A stretch of 64,000 bases of DNA from an uncultured Oxalobacteraceae bacterium (GCA_966250375.1 CBINHE010000002.1:7961-71960); one strand, 5' to 3'. Numbered from the stretch's first letter, positions 1-12,546 are shown. Numbers and translations: made by a program. The notes: a model not told the origin generated them from the sequence alone.

Positions 1-432
1 ACTGTTCGCCCGATCCAGATCCTGATGGTGGAAGATAACCCGGGTGATGTACGGCTGACCAAGGAAGCGCTGAAGGATGCGAAGGTGTCGAACACGCTCT
101 ATGTGGTGGAGGACGGCGTGGCGGCGCTGGATTTTCTGTATCGGCGCGGCGAATATAGCGATGCGCCGCGCCCGGACTTGATCTTGCTGGACCTGAACTT
201 GCCCAAGAAGAACGGGCGGGAGGTGCTGGGAGAGATCAAGCAGGATGAGCAACTGAAGATGATACCGGTAGTCATCTTGACCACGTCGCAGGCGGAAGAA
301 GACGTGGTGCGCGCGTACCGCCTCCATGCAAACTGCTATATCGTCAAGCCGGTCGATTTTGTGCAATTCACCAAGATCGTATGGACGATTGAGGACTTCT
401 GGCTCAGCATTGTTACCTTGCCAACAAAATGA
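1..432 (+). CDS. Receiver-only CheY-like response regulator (5' end probably outside window)
   Basis: Frame is open from nt 1. Receiver motifs present: [23 protein letters not shown] (phospho-Asp), VVILTTS, CYIVKP. No output domain. Confidence 0.85.
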   Translation, partial: TVRPIQILMVEDNPGDVRLTKEALKDAKVSNTLYVVEDGVAALDFLYRRGEYSDAPRPDLILLDLNLPKKNGREVLGEIKQDEQLKMIPVVILTTSQAEEDVVRAYRLHANCYIVKPVDFVQFTKIVWTIEDFWLSIVTLPTK

Positions 433-685
433 TGGCTGAGTGCTGCAATTTCCCTGGTCGAACTGCTGTTCCAGGACTTCCAGGCGCACAACATGGCAGC
501 AGATGGAGGGAACTCCATCCAGGATACGCAATCTTCTTGAATGCGACTTTCAGGATCGCTGTCATGAGACCGGGAAAGTTCAGCTATGGGGTGTTCCGCA
601 AGGATATCAATAAGCCACAGTCGGCCACCTGTCACATTTTCATTTATCACGATGTGCCGGTAAATGATGCCACCTCCAGAATAAC

Positions 686-2497
686 GTGATGAACGATACC
701 CGAATCAATATATTGTTGATCGAAGATAGTCCTGGCGACGCGCGGTTGATCGAGCATATGCTGGAGCAGGCACAAGGATTGCCATTTGAATTGACTTGGA
801 TCGACAACCTGCCTGACGGAATTACACACTTGCAAACCAAACGGACGGATGTGCTATTGCTCGATCTTGGCCTGCCGGGAAGCACTGGATTGGATACCTT
901 GCAAAGATTGTTGAGACGTGTGTCGATAGTGCCGACACTAGTTGTATTGAGTGGTCTGAGTGATGAGGATGTTGCCGTTCAGGCTGTGCAGTGTGGCGCG
1001 CAGGACTATCTGGTTAAAGGGCAGGTGGACACACCACTATTGGTGCGCTCGATCCGTTACGCCATCGAGCGCAGCCAAGCCAAGAAAGCATTGCGGCAGG
1101 CGTATGACGAATTGGAGCACCGAGTCGTGGAGCGCACGGCTGAATTGGCGAACACGATCAAGGCCTTGCACGCAGAAATCGCGGAACGCAAGCAAGCGGA
1201 AGAGCGAATCCGCTACATGGCGCACTATGATGCGCTGACCGGCTTACCCAATCGCGAACTATTGCAAGATCGCATAACGCAGGCGATCGCATACGCCCAC
1301 CGTAATCGTACGCAGGTGGCGGTAATTTTCGTTGACCTGGATTATTTCAAACATATCAACGATTCCCTGGGACACAAAATCGGTGATCGCCTTTTGCAAA
1401 TGGTTGCGGCCCGCTTGCAGGAATGTCTGCGTGAAGGAGATAGCGTGGCCCGCCCCGGCGGAGATGAGTACGTGTTATGCCTCCCCTTGCTGACCGGCGT
1501 TGGTGATGCCGTGCGCGTGGCGCAAAAGGCGCTGGATGCCGTGGGCCACCCTTTCGTTGTGGAAGGAAACGAATTGCATGCAAGCGCCAGTATCGGCATC
1601 AGCATCTACCCGGACGATGGCTGTGATGTCGGAACCTTGATGCGCGCTGCCGACACGGCGATGAATCATGCCAAGGAACGCGGGCGGGGAAACTACCAAT
1701 TTTTCACGCAAGCACTCAACAATGCGGCGCAGCAGCGGCGGACTTTGGAAAACAAATTGCGGCAGGCATTAGCGAAAGGCGAATTCGAGCTGCACTATCA
1801 GCCGCAGGTAAACATGGCGAACGGCGTCATATTTTCAGGGGAAGCCTTGCTGCGCTGGCGTCAACCGGGAACAGAGCCGATTTCATGCGGGAGTCTCATT
1901 TCCATCGCTGAAGAAACCGGCCTGATACTATCCATCGGTGAGTGGGTATTGCGCAAGGCGTGCCGTCAGCTCAAACAATGGCAAGATGCCGGTCATCCGG
2001 AATTGCGCATCGCGGTCAATTTGTCGCCGCGTCAGTTTTACCAGCCGCACTTCCTCGACATGATCGTAGATACCCTTCATGAAACGGGATTGGCTGCGAC
2101 CGCTCTTGACCTGGAAATCACCGAGGGCCTCTTGCTGCAACGCAACGATGACATTGTCGACATGCTGAATCAGCTCAGCGGCATGGGGATACAACTGTCG
2201 GTGGATGATTTCGGGACCGGATATTCCAGCCTTGCGTATTTGCAGCGCTTTCCTGTGCATGCGCTCAAGATCGACCAGTCATTTGTACGCGACATTGGTC
2301 GTGACCGGAATGCCACCGCACTGGTCACCGCCATCATCGCCATGGCGAACAGTCTGCACATGAAGGTGCTGGCGGAAGGCGTGGAAACCTCGCAGCAAAT
2401 TGCCTTCCTGATGTCTCGTGGCTGCTCCTCCGCCCAAGGTTTTTATTACAGCGAAGCGGTACCGGCGGATGCATTTATCAAGTTGCTGGATAAATAG
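686..2497 (+). CDS. Response regulator with REC-GGDEF-EAL domains (c-di-GMP turnover)
   Basis: Receiver domain (ILLIEDSPGD, VLLLDLGLPG). GGDEF domain has variant site GGDEY preceded by RxxD (REGD). EAL domain motifs EALLRW, DDFGTGYSSL, KIDQSF, EGVET. Start is GTG 686 or ATG 689. Confidence 0.9.
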   Translation: MMNDTRINILLIEDSPGDARLIEHMLEQAQGLPFELTWIDNLPDGITHLQTKRTDVLLLDLGLPGSTGLDTLQRLLRRVSIVPTLVVLSGLSDEDVAVQAVQCGAQDYLVKGQVDTPLLVRSIRYAIERSQAKKALRQAYDELEHRVVERTAELANTIKALHAEIAERKQAEERIRYMAHYDALTGLPNRELLQDRITQAIAYAHRNRTQVAVIFVDLDYFKHINDSLGHKIGDRLLQMVAARLQECLREGDSVARPGGDEYVLCLPLLTGVGDAVRVAQKALDAVGHPFVVEGNELHASASIGISIYPDDGCDVGTLMRAADTAMNHAKERGRGNYQFFTQALNNAAQQRRTLENKLRQALAKGEFELHYQPQVNMANGVIFSGEALLRWRQPGTEPISCGSLISIAEETGLILSIGEWVLRKACRQLKQWQDAGHPELRIAVNLSPRQFYQPHFLDMIVDTLHETGLAATALDLEITEGLLLQRNDDIVDMLNQLSGMGIQLSVDDFGTGYSSLAYLQRFPVHALKIDQSFVRDIGRDRNATALVTAIIAMANSLHMKVLAEGVETSQQIAFLMSRGCSSAQGFYYSEAVPADAFIKLLDK

Positions 2498-2583
2498 GAT
2501 GAAGTGAGTGGATGGTTCTGCGACACTAGCGGATTGCCGATGACTGTAAAGTGCACCCCATCATTGATTCACAAATAGTGGAT

Positions 2584-3240
2584 TTATGTGCCAAGCATGA
2601 AACTGCGTACGCCCGAACCGACCAGTTGGACGCCGATGCAGACCATCACAAAACCCATGAGCCGGCTCAAGACATCCATGCCATCCTTTCCTACCCAACG
2701 TGACAAGAGTTGCGAGAATCGCAGCGTGATCCAGATGAGTATGCACGTCAGCAAGATGCTGGCCACCGTTGCACCATAGGCAGCAGCTTCTCGCATGCCA
2801 ATCTTCAATTCGGCGATCTCGGTCGAAATGCCGATGACCACCGCAATTGCGCCGGGTCCACTGATACCGGGCATGGCGAGCGGGAAAAAGGCAATGTTGC
2901 GGCCCGCGTGGCCACTCGTCGGGCGCGTATCGGGATCTTGAAACAACATGCGATAGCCGAGCAGGGCGACAGTCAATCCACCGGCGATACGTAAGGCGCC
3001 GTAGGAGATACCGAAGCCTTTCAGGATTAATACGCCGCCGAACAGGCTCACGGTCAGAATCGCGAAGGCGTATATGCATGCTTTCTTTGCCTGCTGGTGG
3101 CGCATCACATCATCCATTTCACTGGTCAGCGCCAGGAACAAGGGAATCTTCGACGCTGGATTGGTGATGATCAAAAGGCTCACCAAGCCACCGAAAAAGT
3201 AGGAGGCAAGTGTCTGCCGGACAAGACTGTCAAATAGCAT
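2584..3240 (-). CDS. MarC-family (UPF0056) integral membrane protein
   Basis: 218 aa, about 6 hydrophobic segments, N-terminal pattern like MarC/NAAT family (ITNPASKIPLFLALT). Confidence 0.75.
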   Translation of the reverse strand: MLFDSLVRQTLASYFFGGLVSLLIITNPASKIPLFLALTSEMDDVMRHQQAKKACIYAFAILTVSLFGGVLILKGFGISYGALRIAGGLTVALLGYRMLFQDPDTRPTSGHAGRNIAFFPLAMPGISGPGAIAVVIGISTEIAELKIGMREAAAYGATVASILLTCILIWITLRFSQLLSRWVGKDGMDVLSRLMGFVMVCIGVQLVGSGVRSFMLGT

Positions 3241-3524
3241 AAGTAGAGGGAGATGCAGACATTATTAATAACCTTGCGCCGGTCAACAAAGGGCACGCAA
3301 TATATCGATTCAAACCGTTTAGCTGAGCGGCGATTTCGTATTGCGTTTCATCATTATGGTAATACAGTAATAGCAAATAAGGTTGCTTATCTTATGGGAG
3401 GTATTGCAGATACCTAATGCAAATTTTTCATGAAATAATGTTATTTATGCATGGCATTTAATTGGCATTTTGATTCACTGATGTTGTTCTTGCCGAGTAC
3501 TTGGGCGCACCTCCAAAAAAAAAA

Positions 3525-3562
3525 GCCCGCTGCCTGTGCAGGGGGCTTTATTTATCTGTTGT
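3525..3562 (-). terminator. Rho-independent terminator of sodB
   Basis: On the minus strand: GC-rich hairpin (gccccctgc/gcagcgggc) followed by a run of 10 T. Confidence 0.6.
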
Positions 3563-3602
3563 TCCGAACTGTATTTATTCCGAACAAACACAAGTAGAGT
3601 TA

Positions 3603-4181
3603 CTACGCAAAATTCTTCGCCACAAAATCCCAGTTCACCAGATTCCAGAATGTTTCGACATACTTTGCGCGTAAGTTGCGATAGTCGATGTAGTACGCAT
3701 GTTCCCACACATCGCAGGTCATCAGCGGCTTGTCGGTACCGGTCAGCGGTGTGCCGGCATTGGAGGTGTTGGCGATATCGACCGAACCGTCCGCTTTCTT
3801 GACCAGCCAAGTCCAGCCGGAACCGAAATTACCTACGCAAGACTTCGTGAATTCTTCCTTGAACTTGTCGAACGAACTCCATTTGGCGCCGATTGCATCG
3901 GCCAGTGCGCCAGTCGGAGCACCGCCGCCGTTCGGCTTCATGCAGTTCCAGTAGAACGTATGGTTCCATACCTGCGCCGCATTGTTGAACACGCCGCCGG
4001 ATGATTTCTTGATGATGTCTTCTAGCGAGGCGCTTTCGAATTCAGTGCCTTTGATCAGGTTGTTCAGGTTGGTCACGTAGGCTTGATGGTGTTTGCCGTA
4101 GTGGTATTCGAGCGTTTCTTTGGAAATGTGCGGCTGCAGAGCATCCATTGCGTAAGGCAGGGGAGGGAGGGTATGTTCCAT
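3603..4181 (-). CDS. sodB: Iron superoxide dismutase
   Basis: [10 protein letters not shown]...HHQAYV...[16 protein letters not shown]...[16 protein letters not shown] at 4181 chosen; the ORF-track extension to 4346 has no SOD-like sequence. Confidence 0.95.
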   Translation of the reverse strand: MEHTLPPLPYAMDALQPHISKETLEYHYGKHHQAYVTNLNNLIKGTEFESASLEDIIKKSSGGVFNNAAQVWNHTFYWNCMKPNGGGAPTGALADAIGAKWSSFDKFKEEFTKSCVGNFGSGWTWLVKKADGSVDIANTSNAGTPLTGTDKPLMTCDVWEHAYYIDYRNLRAKYVETFWNLVNWDFVAKNFA

Positions 4182-4317
4182 GGTGCATCCTTTCAGTTGT
4201 TGGATAGATAGATGGTATTTTTGAAAGACCTCAATTGTATGTCGGATGTCGATTGCCTGCAGTAGCCAACCAATTTGCAATTTGATGATCCACAAAACGC
4301 CGCCCTTTAATGCAAGG

Positions 4318-5679
4318 TCATTCCAGCGTTTCCTGCACACTCGCAATGCCTACCTCCGCACATCCTTCCGCCAGACGGATATTGACGAGGCCGCGCGGAT
4401 GCAGTTCTTTCGGCCCGCGTATGACCTTGCCTTTGGCATCGGTAACAATCGCATAACCGCGCTCCAGTGTGCGCTGCGGATTGAGTAATTCCAGTTGCGC
4501 AGCAAGTGCGGAAAGCCCTTGTCGCTGCCTGGATGAAAACGTGGCGAGCGCGGTATTCAGGCGTCGCGTGTTGTCGTTCAGACGTATCCGATGCGGTGCG
4601 ACGTCGGGGAGTTGGGCCTTCAAGCGCGTACCCAACTGCATTGCCGCAAACCGGGCACGGGTCAACGGCGTACGCGTGGCATGCGCCAGGCGGCTTTGCA
4701 AGCCTTGCAGCTTCAAGCGCTCGTGCGCGATGGTGGCGGCCGGACTTGCCAATCTGTGCGATAGCCAATCCAGCGTTTGCGCCGCATTGGCCAACTGTCG
4801 CCGCATGGCACGGGTCAGATCGTCGGCATGCGTATCCAGCGTTGCGATCCAGTCCGCGTGTGGCGTTGCGGCCATTTCTGCGGCAGCAGTCGGCGTCGGT
4901 GCCCGCAGGTCGGCGGCGAAGTCGGCGATCGTGAAATCGGTCTCATGTCCGACGCCAGAGATGACAGGCATCGCGCACGCGGCAACCGTTCGGGCAACGA
5001 CTTCTTCATTGAACGACCACAGGTCTTCGATACTGCCGCCGCCGCGGCATACCAGCAGCACATCGCATTCGGCGCGGGCCGAGGCGGTGGCAATCGCTTG
5101 CGCGATTTTCTGTCCCGCGCCTTCTCCTTGCACCGGTGTCGGATACAGGATGACGTGGACATGCGGCGCGCGCCGCCGCAGCGTGGTCAGGATGTCGCGC
5201 AGTGCGGCTGCTTGCAGACTGGTAACGATGCCGATGATTTTGCAAAATACAGGCAGCGGCCGCTTGCGATCGGGATCGAATAAACCTTCCGCATTCAATT
5301 TTTCTTTCAGCCGCAGGAATGCTTCATACAGATTGCCGACGCCGGCGCGGCGGATTGCCTCGACACTGAGCTGATAATCACCGCGCGGCGCGTACAGCGT
5401 CACCAGTGCCCGGACTTCCACCTTGTCGCCTTCGCGCGGCGCGAAATCCGCATATTGTGCACGGCCGCGAAACATCACTGCCCGCACTTGGGCCCCGTCG
5501 TCCTTGAGCGTGAAGTACCAGTGACCCGATGCGGCTCGCGTGAAATTGGAAATTTCCCCCGTGACCCATGCCAACGGGAAGTTGCGCTCCAGCATCCGCG
5601 CCACTGCCTGGTTCAGCGCCGATACTGTTAGCACAGAGGGCTTGGAATATGTGTTCTCTGAAACGTTGTCAAAATTCAT
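4318..5679 (-). CDS. xseA: Exodeoxyribonuclease VII large subunit
   Basis: 453 aa with N-terminal OB fold pattern (VSALN..V...LE..F..VWV.GEISNF...[10 protein letters not shown]) and a long C-terminal helical region. Confidence 0.9.
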   Translation of the reverse strand: MNFDNVSENTYSKPSVLTVSALNQAVARMLERNFPLAWVTGEISNFTRAASGHWYFTLKDDGAQVRAVMFRGRAQYADFAPREGDKVEVRALVTLYAPRGDYQLSVEAIRRAGVGNLYEAFLRLKEKLNAEGLFDPDRKRPLPVFCKIIGIVTSLQAAALRDILTTLRRRAPHVHVILYPTPVQGEGAGQKIAQAIATASARAECDVLLVCRGGGSIEDLWSFNEEVVARTVAACAMPVISGVGHETDFTIADFAADLRAPTPTAAAEMAATPHADWIATLDTHADDLTRAMRRQLANAAQTLDWLSHRLASPAATIAHERLKLQGLQSRLAHATRTPLTRARFAAMQLGTRLKAQLPDVAPHRIRLNDNTRRLNTALATFSSRQRQGLSALAAQLELLNPQRTLERGYAIVTDAKGKVIRGPKELHPRGLVNIRLAEGCAEVGIASVQETLE

Positions 5680-6082
5680 GTTGTGTCCGGCAGTAAAACC
5701 TGTCCACAGGCACGTCGAACGGGCATATTTTTTTCATAAGCATTTGAAAATATAGGGAGTTTTCTCTAAGTAATTGATTTTTATAGGGAAATAAAAAGTG
5801 CCTCATTTCCAAGCAGCAAACTAAATCTCTTTGAAATCAAGTATTTAAGAAATATCTGGGAAGTTACTCACAAAGTTATCCACAGTAAATGTGAAGAACT
5901 TTGGAAATAATTTATAGCATGTCGAGACTTGCTCACAATGGCGCAACACGTTACATTCTGCATCCAGACAACCGAACCGAATTATTGGTCCGGCCAAGAC
6001 ATGAAAATTCAGATCGAATCAAACCCTCATTTCCAGTGCGCGTATCCGCTTGCGTGCCGATTTCTTTAAGAAGGAGCTTCTT

Positions 6083-6688
6083 TTGCTCGCCATTATTCAA
6101 GCTGCAGGATGGCCGATCTGGCTGCTGCTGATCGCCTCTGTGATTGCACTCGCATTGATCATCGAGCGAATATTGTACCTGCGCCGTAGCCGCATTTTGC
6201 CCTCAAATTTGCTCCAGGAAGTCATCCGCGTTTATCACAACGGCAAGATCAACGCCGAAGTTGTTTCCAATCTCGAACAGAATTCGTCGTTGGGCCGGGT
6301 GCTGGCCGCCGGCCTGCGCAATGTCGATGCGCCGCGCGACGAGATGAAAGAATCGATCGAAGAGGCCGGGCGCGGAGCCGCCCATGAGCTGGAGCGTTTC
6401 CTGACGACACTGGGCACGATCGCCACCTTGGCACCGCTGATGGGCCTGTTCGGCACCGTGGTCGGCATGATCGAAATTTTCGGTGCGCAAAATGCCACCG
6501 GCGCTAACCCGGCACAACTGGCGCATGGCATCTCGGTGGCGCTCTACAATACCGGTTTCGGCTTGGCGATTGCGATGCCGACCCTGGTGTTTTACCGTCA
6601 TTTTCGCGCTCTGGTCGATAGCTTCATCATCGATATGGAGCAACAGGCGGTGAAGTTCGTTGATACCGTGCACGGCAAGCGCAAATAG
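6083..6688 (+). CDS. exbB: MotA/TolQ/ExbB-family proton channel
   Basis: Three TM segments and a conserved C-terminal LGLFGTV.GMI / ALYNTGFGL pattern. TTG 6083 lies 6 nt after AAGGAG; the ORF track starts at 6050. Confidence 0.85.
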   Translation: MLAIIQAAGWPIWLLLIASVIALALIIERILYLRRSRILPSNLLQEVIRVYHNGKINAEVVSNLEQNSSLGRVLAAGLRNVDAPRDEMKESIEEAGRGAAHELERFLTTLGTIATLAPLMGLFGTVVGMIEIFGAQNATGANPAQLAHGISVALYNTGFGLAIAMPTLVFYRHFRALVDSFIIDMEQQAVKFVDTVHGKRK

Positions 6689-6700
6689 CAAGGTGCATCC

Positions 6701-7135
6701 ATGAACTTCCGCAAAGGCAAAGGCCGCGAAGACCCGGAAATCAACCTGATTCCGTTCATCGATGTACTGCTGGTGATCCTGATTTTCCTGATGGTCACGA
6801 CCACCTACAGCAAACTCACCGCGCTGCAAATCACCTTGCCCACAGCCGATGCGGAAAAGGCGATGGAGCGCCCGTTCGAGATCAATGTCGGCGTGGACGC
6901 CGAAGGGCACTATGCGGTGAACAATACGCAAGTCGCCGTACGCGATGCGACGGGACTGGCCGACGAACTGAAGACTGCGGCGAATGGCAAGGGCGAGTCG
7001 TCCAAGGACCCGGTCGTCATTATCAATGCCGATGCGGCCACATCCCACCAGTCAGTGATCAACGTGCTGGAAGCGGCACGCTTGGCTGGTTTTGACAAAG
7101 TGACGTTTACAGCGCAGACCGGCGGCAAGAAATAG
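6701..7135 (+). CDS. exbD: ExbD/TolR-family biopolymer transport protein
   Basis: EINLIPFIDVLLVILIFLMV N-terminal TM signature, 144 aa, immediately after exbB. Confidence 0.85.
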   Translation: MNFRKGKGREDPEINLIPFIDVLLVILIFLMVTTTYSKLTALQITLPTADAEKAMERPFEINVGVDAEGHYAVNNTQVAVRDATGLADELKTAANGKGESSKDPVVIINADAATSHQSVINVLEAARLAGFDKVTFTAQTGGKK

Positions 7136-7226
7136 ACATACCTCGGTTTCTCATCCAGCAGGCCATGAATGGAAAACGCGTAGCGGAAATTTAGCTGCGC
7201 ATTACTCACCTTACGGAATTATCGGC

Positions 7227-8276
7227 TTGTCCTCTGCGCGCTCCCGATTCGAATCAATCCTGACGCGTAGCTGGGCACGACGCGGATTGTTGGCGCGGCT
7301 CTTGTGGCCGGTTTCCTTGCTGTTTCAAATGCTGACAGCGCTGCGGCGCGGCCTGTACCAAGCCGGCGTACTGCCGTCGACTCGCTTGCCGGTGCCGGTC
7401 ATTATCGTTGGCAACGTGTTTGTCGGTGGTACCGGCAAGACGCCTTTCACGATATGGCTGATTGATGCATTACGGCACGCAGGATATGTGCCTGGCGTTA
7501 TTTCACGCGGCTATGGCGCACAAGGCGATGCGCCGCGGCCAGTGACTTCGGCTTCACGGATGCAGGAGGCGGGCGATGAACCTTTGTTGATTGCTCAGCG
7601 TACACAAGCCGCCGTGATGGTCGGACGCAGCCGGGCGGCAACGGCACGCGCGCTATTGGCGGCGCATCCCGAGGTCAATGTGATCGTGTCGGACGATGGT
7701 TTGCAACATTATGCATTGCAGCGAGATATTGAAATCGTGCTGTTCGATGCGCGCGGTGCCGGCAATGGTTGGTTGTTGCCTGCTGGACCTTTACGTGAAT
7801 CAGCATCGCGGCGGCGCGACTTCACTGTATTAAATGCGCAGCAAATGCCGGACGATATTTCCGGCAATCCTGTTCGCATGATCCTGGAAGGTGAGTACGC
7901 CGAGCGTTTATCGGATCGATCGCAACGCATTGCATTGCGATCGCTGCAGTCATTCCAAACCCCAGGTCGTGTCGTCCCCCGTATTGTCGCCGCCGCCGGA
8001 ATCGGCAACCCTGAACGTTTTTTCGCCATGCTGCGCGTGGCCGATCTCTCTTTTGATGCGCTTCCGCTGCCGGACCATCACGATTTTGCCGATCATCCTT
8101 TTGGCAATGTACAAGCCGATATCATCCTGATTACCGAGAAGGATGCAGTAAAATGTAGCCAAATTGATGCAATCAAAAACGACCCGAGACTGTGGGTCGT
8201 GCCCGTTACAGCGCGCATCGACCGTGCGCTGGCAGAACAAATAGTGGAGAAACTGCGTGGACACCCGACTGCTTGA
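7227..8276 (+). CDS. lpxK: Tetraacyldisaccharide 4'-kinase
   Basis: [17 protein letters not shown]-loop, 349 aa, followed by ycaR-kdsB as in many proteobacteria. TTG start. Confidence 0.9.
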   Translation: MSSARSRFESILTRSWARRGLLARLLWPVSLLFQMLTALRRGLYQAGVLPSTRLPVPVIIVGNVFVGGTGKTPFTIWLIDALRHAGYVPGVISRGYGAQGDAPRPVTSASRMQEAGDEPLLIAQRTQAAVMVGRSRAATARALLAAHPEVNVIVSDDGLQHYALQRDIEIVLFDARGAGNGWLLPAGPLRESASRRRDFTVLNAQQMPDDISGNPVRMILEGEYAERLSDRSQRIALRSLQSFQTPGRVVPRIVAAAGIGNPERFFAMLRVADLSFDALPLPDHHDFADHPFGNVQADIILITEKDAVKCSQIDAIKNDPRLWVVPVTARIDRALAEQIVEKLRGHPTA

Positions 8277-8454
8277 TATCCTGGTTTGCCCAATCTGCAA
8301 GGGGCCGCTTACATACGACAAGAAAGCGCAAGAACTGATCTGCAATGGCGACAAGCTTGCCTATCCGATCCGCGACGGCATTCCGGTCATGTGGGCGGAC
8401 GAAGCGCGTGAGTTGAATGCAGCGTCGGGTGGTGGTGTGCAGTCCGGTAAATAA
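8257..8454 (+). CDS. Trm112/YcaR-family small zinc-ribbon-like protein
   Basis: [18 protein letters not shown]...[10 protein letters not shown]. Overlaps the lpxK end by 20 nt. Confidence 0.85.
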   Translation: MDTRLLDILVCPICKGPLTYDKKAQELICNGDKLAYPIRDGIPVMWADEARELNAASGGGVQSGK

Positions 8455-8502
8455 GCGGGGCAACCTATCCTCCGCACTACAAATAAAAAACGATCGTCTC
8501 CG

Positions 8503-9255
8503 ATGTCCTTCACCGTCATTATTCCAGCCCGTCTCGCATCGACCCGCCTGCCGAACAAGCCATTGGCGGACTTGGGCGGCAAACCCATGGTCGTGCGCGT
8601 GGCCGAGCGCGCCGCACAGTCCGGCGCTGCGCAAGTCGTCGTCGCAACCGACCATGCGGACATATTTGCGGCCTGTCAGGCGCATCGGGTAACGGTGCAC
8701 ATGACGCGCGCCGACCATCCGTCCGGCACCGACCGCATTGCGGAAGTGGCAGCGGCCATGGAGCTGGCGGCCGATGCGGTGGTGGTCAACGTGCAGGGCG
8801 ATGAACCCATGATCGATCCCGCACTGATTGCCGCCACCGCAGCGAAGATTGATGCCGATGTTCCGATGTCGACCGCCGCCCATGCGATTGACGATGTGGC
8901 CGATGTCTTCAATCCCAATGTCGTGAAAATCGTGCTGGATAAGGCGGGGCGGGCGCTTTATTTTTCGCGGGCCACGATCCCTTGGCATCGCGACGGCTTC
9001 GCGCAATCTAAAGAAGCGATGCCGACAGGCTACGCTCCGTTGCGCCATATCGGCCTCTATGCATACAGCAATGCATTTTTGCAGACTTACCCAAAGCTCG
9101 CTGCGTCACCACTGGAGCACGTCGAAGCCTTGGAGCAATTACGGGTGCTGTGGCATGGTTTCTCGATTGCGGTGCATATAACACAAAACAACCCTGCAGC
9201 CGGTGTCGATACGCCGGAAGACCTGGTGCGCGTCAGACGGCATTTCGGGCAATGA
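8503..9255 (+). CDS. kdsB: 3-deoxy-manno-octulosonate cytidylyltransferase
   Basis: [25 protein letters not shown]...VNVQGDEP...HIGLYAY motifs. Confidence 0.95.
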   Translation: MSFTVIIPARLASTRLPNKPLADLGGKPMVVRVAERAAQSGAAQVVVATDHADIFAACQAHRVTVHMTRADHPSGTDRIAEVAAAMELAADAVVVNVQGDEPMIDPALIAATAAKIDADVPMSTAAHAIDDVADVFNPNVVKIVLDKAGRALYFSRATIPWHRDGFAQSKEAMPTGYAPLRHIGLYAYSNAFLQTYPKLAASPLEHVEALEQLRVLWHGFSIAVHITQNNPAAGVDTPEDLVRVRRHFGQ

Positions 9256-9399
9256 ATTTGCGGAAATCGGCGGCAAAGCACCGATTTGGTGAATTTTTGT
9301 GGTAAGTTTCGTGCAAAGTTCGTGTGGTAAAAAGCATATCTCAGGGTGGTAATGGCTTAGAGCCACCGTAAGGAATTCAAAACTCGTTTAGGAAATTAA

Positions 9400-10059
<660 letters not shown>

Positions 10060-10062
10060 ATG

Positions 10063-10090
10063 AAGCGGACCATGTGTCCGCTTTTTTTTC
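10063..10090 (+). terminator. Rho-independent terminator after adk
   Basis: aagcggac-catgt-gtccgctt hairpin followed by T8. Confidence 0.7.
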
Positions 10091-10276
10091 GTGCGCTTGA
10101 TCGTGATCAAATCACAAGCATCGCAGCACCAGACTCAGCGGAAAGTTTTGCAGTATGCAGTATTGCGGAATGACGATAGCCGATATCGATTGCAGCAACG
10201 ATACCTGCCGCCGCCGTTCTCCGAAATGTCTAATTTTGTCGTGGCAATATCGTGACAATAACGAGGAGGAGTCAAT

Positions 10277-12415
10277 ATGGCAGCAGGCTTGTGGTTCCCT
10301 GTAGTGTGCGGCATTATCGCCGTTATCTACGGTTTGATGTCTCGCAGTTGGATTCTGAAACAGGACGCCGGCAATGCACGGATGCGGGAAATTGCCGCGG
10401 CAATTCAACAGGGTGCGGCAGCCTATCTGGCGCGCCAGTACCGCACCATCGCCATCGTCGGTGCGGCACTATTCGTCATTATTGCGATTCTCCCTGGTTT
10501 GGGTTTGATCACGGCACTGGGCTTCCTGGTCGGCGCGGTGTTGTCAGGCGCTTGCGGTTTCATTGGCATGAATGTATCGGTGCGCGCCAATGTCCGTACT
10601 GCACAGGCAGCGACCCAAGGCATGAATGAAGCGCTCAATGTTGCCTTCAAGGGCGGCGCGATCACCGGCATGCTGGTGGTGGGCTTGGGCCTCTTGGGCG
10701 TCACAATTTTTTACTGGTACCTGATATCTTCTGGTCAAGCTGGCGCAGCGTCGCTGCACGACATCATCAAGCCTCTGATTGGTCTGGCGTTCGGCGCTTC
10801 ACTGATTTCGATTTTTGCGCGTCTGGGCGGCGGCATTTTCACCAAGGGTGCGGACGTCGGCGCCGATCTGGTCGGTAAAGTCGAAGCCGGCATTCCGGAA
10901 GATGATCCGCGTAATCCTGCAGTGATCGCCGATAACGTCGGCGACAACGTTGGCGACTGTGCCGGTATGGCGGCCGACTTGTTCGAGACTTATGTTGTTA
11001 CGTTGATCGCGACGATGCTGCTCGGCACATTGATGATCCAAGGCGCGGAACTGCAGGCTGCGCTGTATCCGTTGCTGCTGGGCGGTGTGTCGATCCTCGC
11101 ATCGATCGTCGGCTGCTCGATGGTCAAGGCTAAGCCGGGCAAGAAAATCATGTGGGCGCTATATACCGGGCTGTGGTGGGCAGCCGGCCTGTCACTGATC
11201 GGTTTTGCCGTTGTCACGTGGCAATTGATGCCGGAAGCGATGCGCATGCCGATGATGGGCTCCGCCGTCGTGGGTATCGTGTTGACCGGCTTGATGGTCT
11301 ATATCACCGAGTACTACACTGGTACCGACTTCAAACCCGTGCAACACGTCGCGCAAGCTTCGACCACGGGTCATGGCACCAATATCATCGCGGGTCTCGG
11401 CGTGTCGATGAAAGCGACCGCCTACCCGGTGCTGGCGGTGTGTATCGCGATCCTGGTTGCCTATTGGCTGGGTGGACTGTACGGCATTGCGATCGCCGCG
11501 ACATCGATGCTGTCGATGGCAGGCATTATTGTCGCGCTCGACGCATACGGCCCGATCACCGATAACGCCGGCGGCATCGCCGAAATGTCGCACATGCCGG
11601 ACTCGGTGCGCGCGATCACCGATCCTCTCGATGCAGTCGGTAACACAACCAAGGCCGTCACGAAAGGTTATGCGATCGGCTCGGCCGGCTTGGCGGCGCT
11701 GGTTCTGTTTGCTGATTACACGCATGCGCTGGATTCGGTTGGCAAAAGCACGTCCTTCGATCTGTCGAACCCGATGGTCATCGTCGGCCTCTTCATCGGT
11801 GGCTTGATTCCTTATCTGTTCGGTGCGATGGCAATGGAGGCAGTGGGACGCGCGGCCGGTGCAGTTGTGGTTGAGGTACGGCGTCAGTTTCGTGACATCA
11901 AGGGCATCATGGATGGCAGTGGCAAGCCAGAGTACGACAAGGCGGTCGATATGCTGACCACCGCAGCGATCAAGGAAATGGTCATCCCTTCACTGTTGCC
12001 GGTTGTGGTGCCGATTCTGGTGGGCATGATTCTCGGACCAGCCGCGTTGGGCGGCTTGCTTATGGGCGCCATTGTCACGGGCCTGTTCGTCGCGATTTCA
12101 ATGACTACCGGCGGCGGTGCATGGGATAACGCGAAAAAGTACATTGAAGACGGTCATCACGGAGGCAAAGGTTCGGAAGCGCACAAGGCAGCCGTGACCG
12201 GGGATACCGTCGGAGATCCGTACAAGGACACTGCCGGGCCTGCGGTCAATCCGCTGATCAAGATCATTAACATCGTGGCATTGCTGCTGGTACCTTTGTT
12301 GCCTGCGACCGGCATGCAACTAGGGGCAATGCATGGCGCACCGGTGACTACGGTCAGCATGCCGGCGGCCATTGGGCCAGCCACCGCTGCTATGCCGGTG
12401 CCAGCCAAACCGTAG
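10277..12415 (+). CDS. hppA: Membrane-bound H+-translocating pyrophosphatase (K+-independent type)
   Basis: 712 aa polytopic protein. Motifs [34 protein letters not shown] carries the Lys that marks the K+-independent subclass. Confidence 0.95.
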   Translation: MAAGLWFPVVCGIIAVIYGLMSRSWILKQDAGNARMREIAAAIQQGAAAYLARQYRTIAIVGAALFVIIAILPGLGLITALGFLVGAVLSGACGFIGMNVSVRANVRTAQAATQGMNEALNVAFKGGAITGMLVVGLGLLGVTIFYWYLISSGQAGAASLHDIIKPLIGLAFGASLISIFARLGGGIFTKGADVGADLVGKVEAGIPEDDPRNPAVIADNVGDNVGDCAGMAADLFETYVVTLIATMLLGTLMIQGAELQAALYPLLLGGVSILASIVGCSMVKAKPGKKIMWALYTGLWWAAGLSLIGFAVVTWQLMPEAMRMPMMGSAVVGIVLTGLMVYITEYYTGTDFKPVQHVAQASTTGHGTNIIAGLGVSMKATAYPVLAVCIAILVAYWLGGLYGIAIAATSMLSMAGIIVALDAYGPITDNAGGIAEMSHMPDSVRAITDPLDAVGNTTKAVTKGYAIGSAGLAALVLFADYTHALDSVGKSTSFDLSNPMVIVGLFIGGLIPYLFGAMAMEAVGRAAGAVVVEVRRQFRDIKGIMDGSGKPEYDKAVDMLTTAAIKEMVIPSLLPVVVPILVGMILGPAALGGLLMGAIVTGLFVAISMTTGGGAWDNAKKYIEDGHHGGKGSEAHKAAVTGDTVGDPYKDTAGPAVNPLIKIINIVALLLVPLLPATGMQLGAMHGAPVTTVSMPAAIGPATAAMPVPAKP

Positions 12416-12435
12416 CAATTGCATTGCGTAGAAAA

Positions 12436-12466
12436 AAGGCAGCTTCGGCTGCCTTTTTTCTTTTTC
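12436..12466 (+). terminator. Rho-independent terminator after hppA
   Basis: aaggcagc-ttcg-gctgcctt hairpin followed by a T-run. Confidence 0.7.
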
Positions 12467-12496
12467 GCGCAAAAATTCGCTACAATGAATATCATC

Positions 12497-12516
12497 TGAC
12501 GTTTACGTAAACGTCA
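12497..12516. promoter_or_regulatory. Perfect 20-bp palindrome, candidate operator
   Basis: TGACGTTTAC/GTAAACGTCA begins 11 nt after a TACAAT -10-like hexamer (12481-12486) and ends 30 nt before the SDR gene start. Confidence 0.5.
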
Positions 12517-12546
12517 TGCAAATTCTCAATTTTCAAAGAGGAAAGA

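Noticed and set aside
429-689. 86-aa ORF, and the minus-strand ORF at 336-650, in the gap between the two response-regulator genes.
   Set aside because: There is no ribosome-binding site and no recognisable motifs. The translations look like random sequence, and the ORFs overlap each other and the flanking genes.
5876-5884. Perfect DnaA box TTATCCACA in the A+T-rich xseA-exbB intergenic region.
   Set aside because: It is a single box with no cluster of boxes, no 13-mer AT-rich repeats, and no dnaA/dnaN/gidA context. It is not evidence of an origin.
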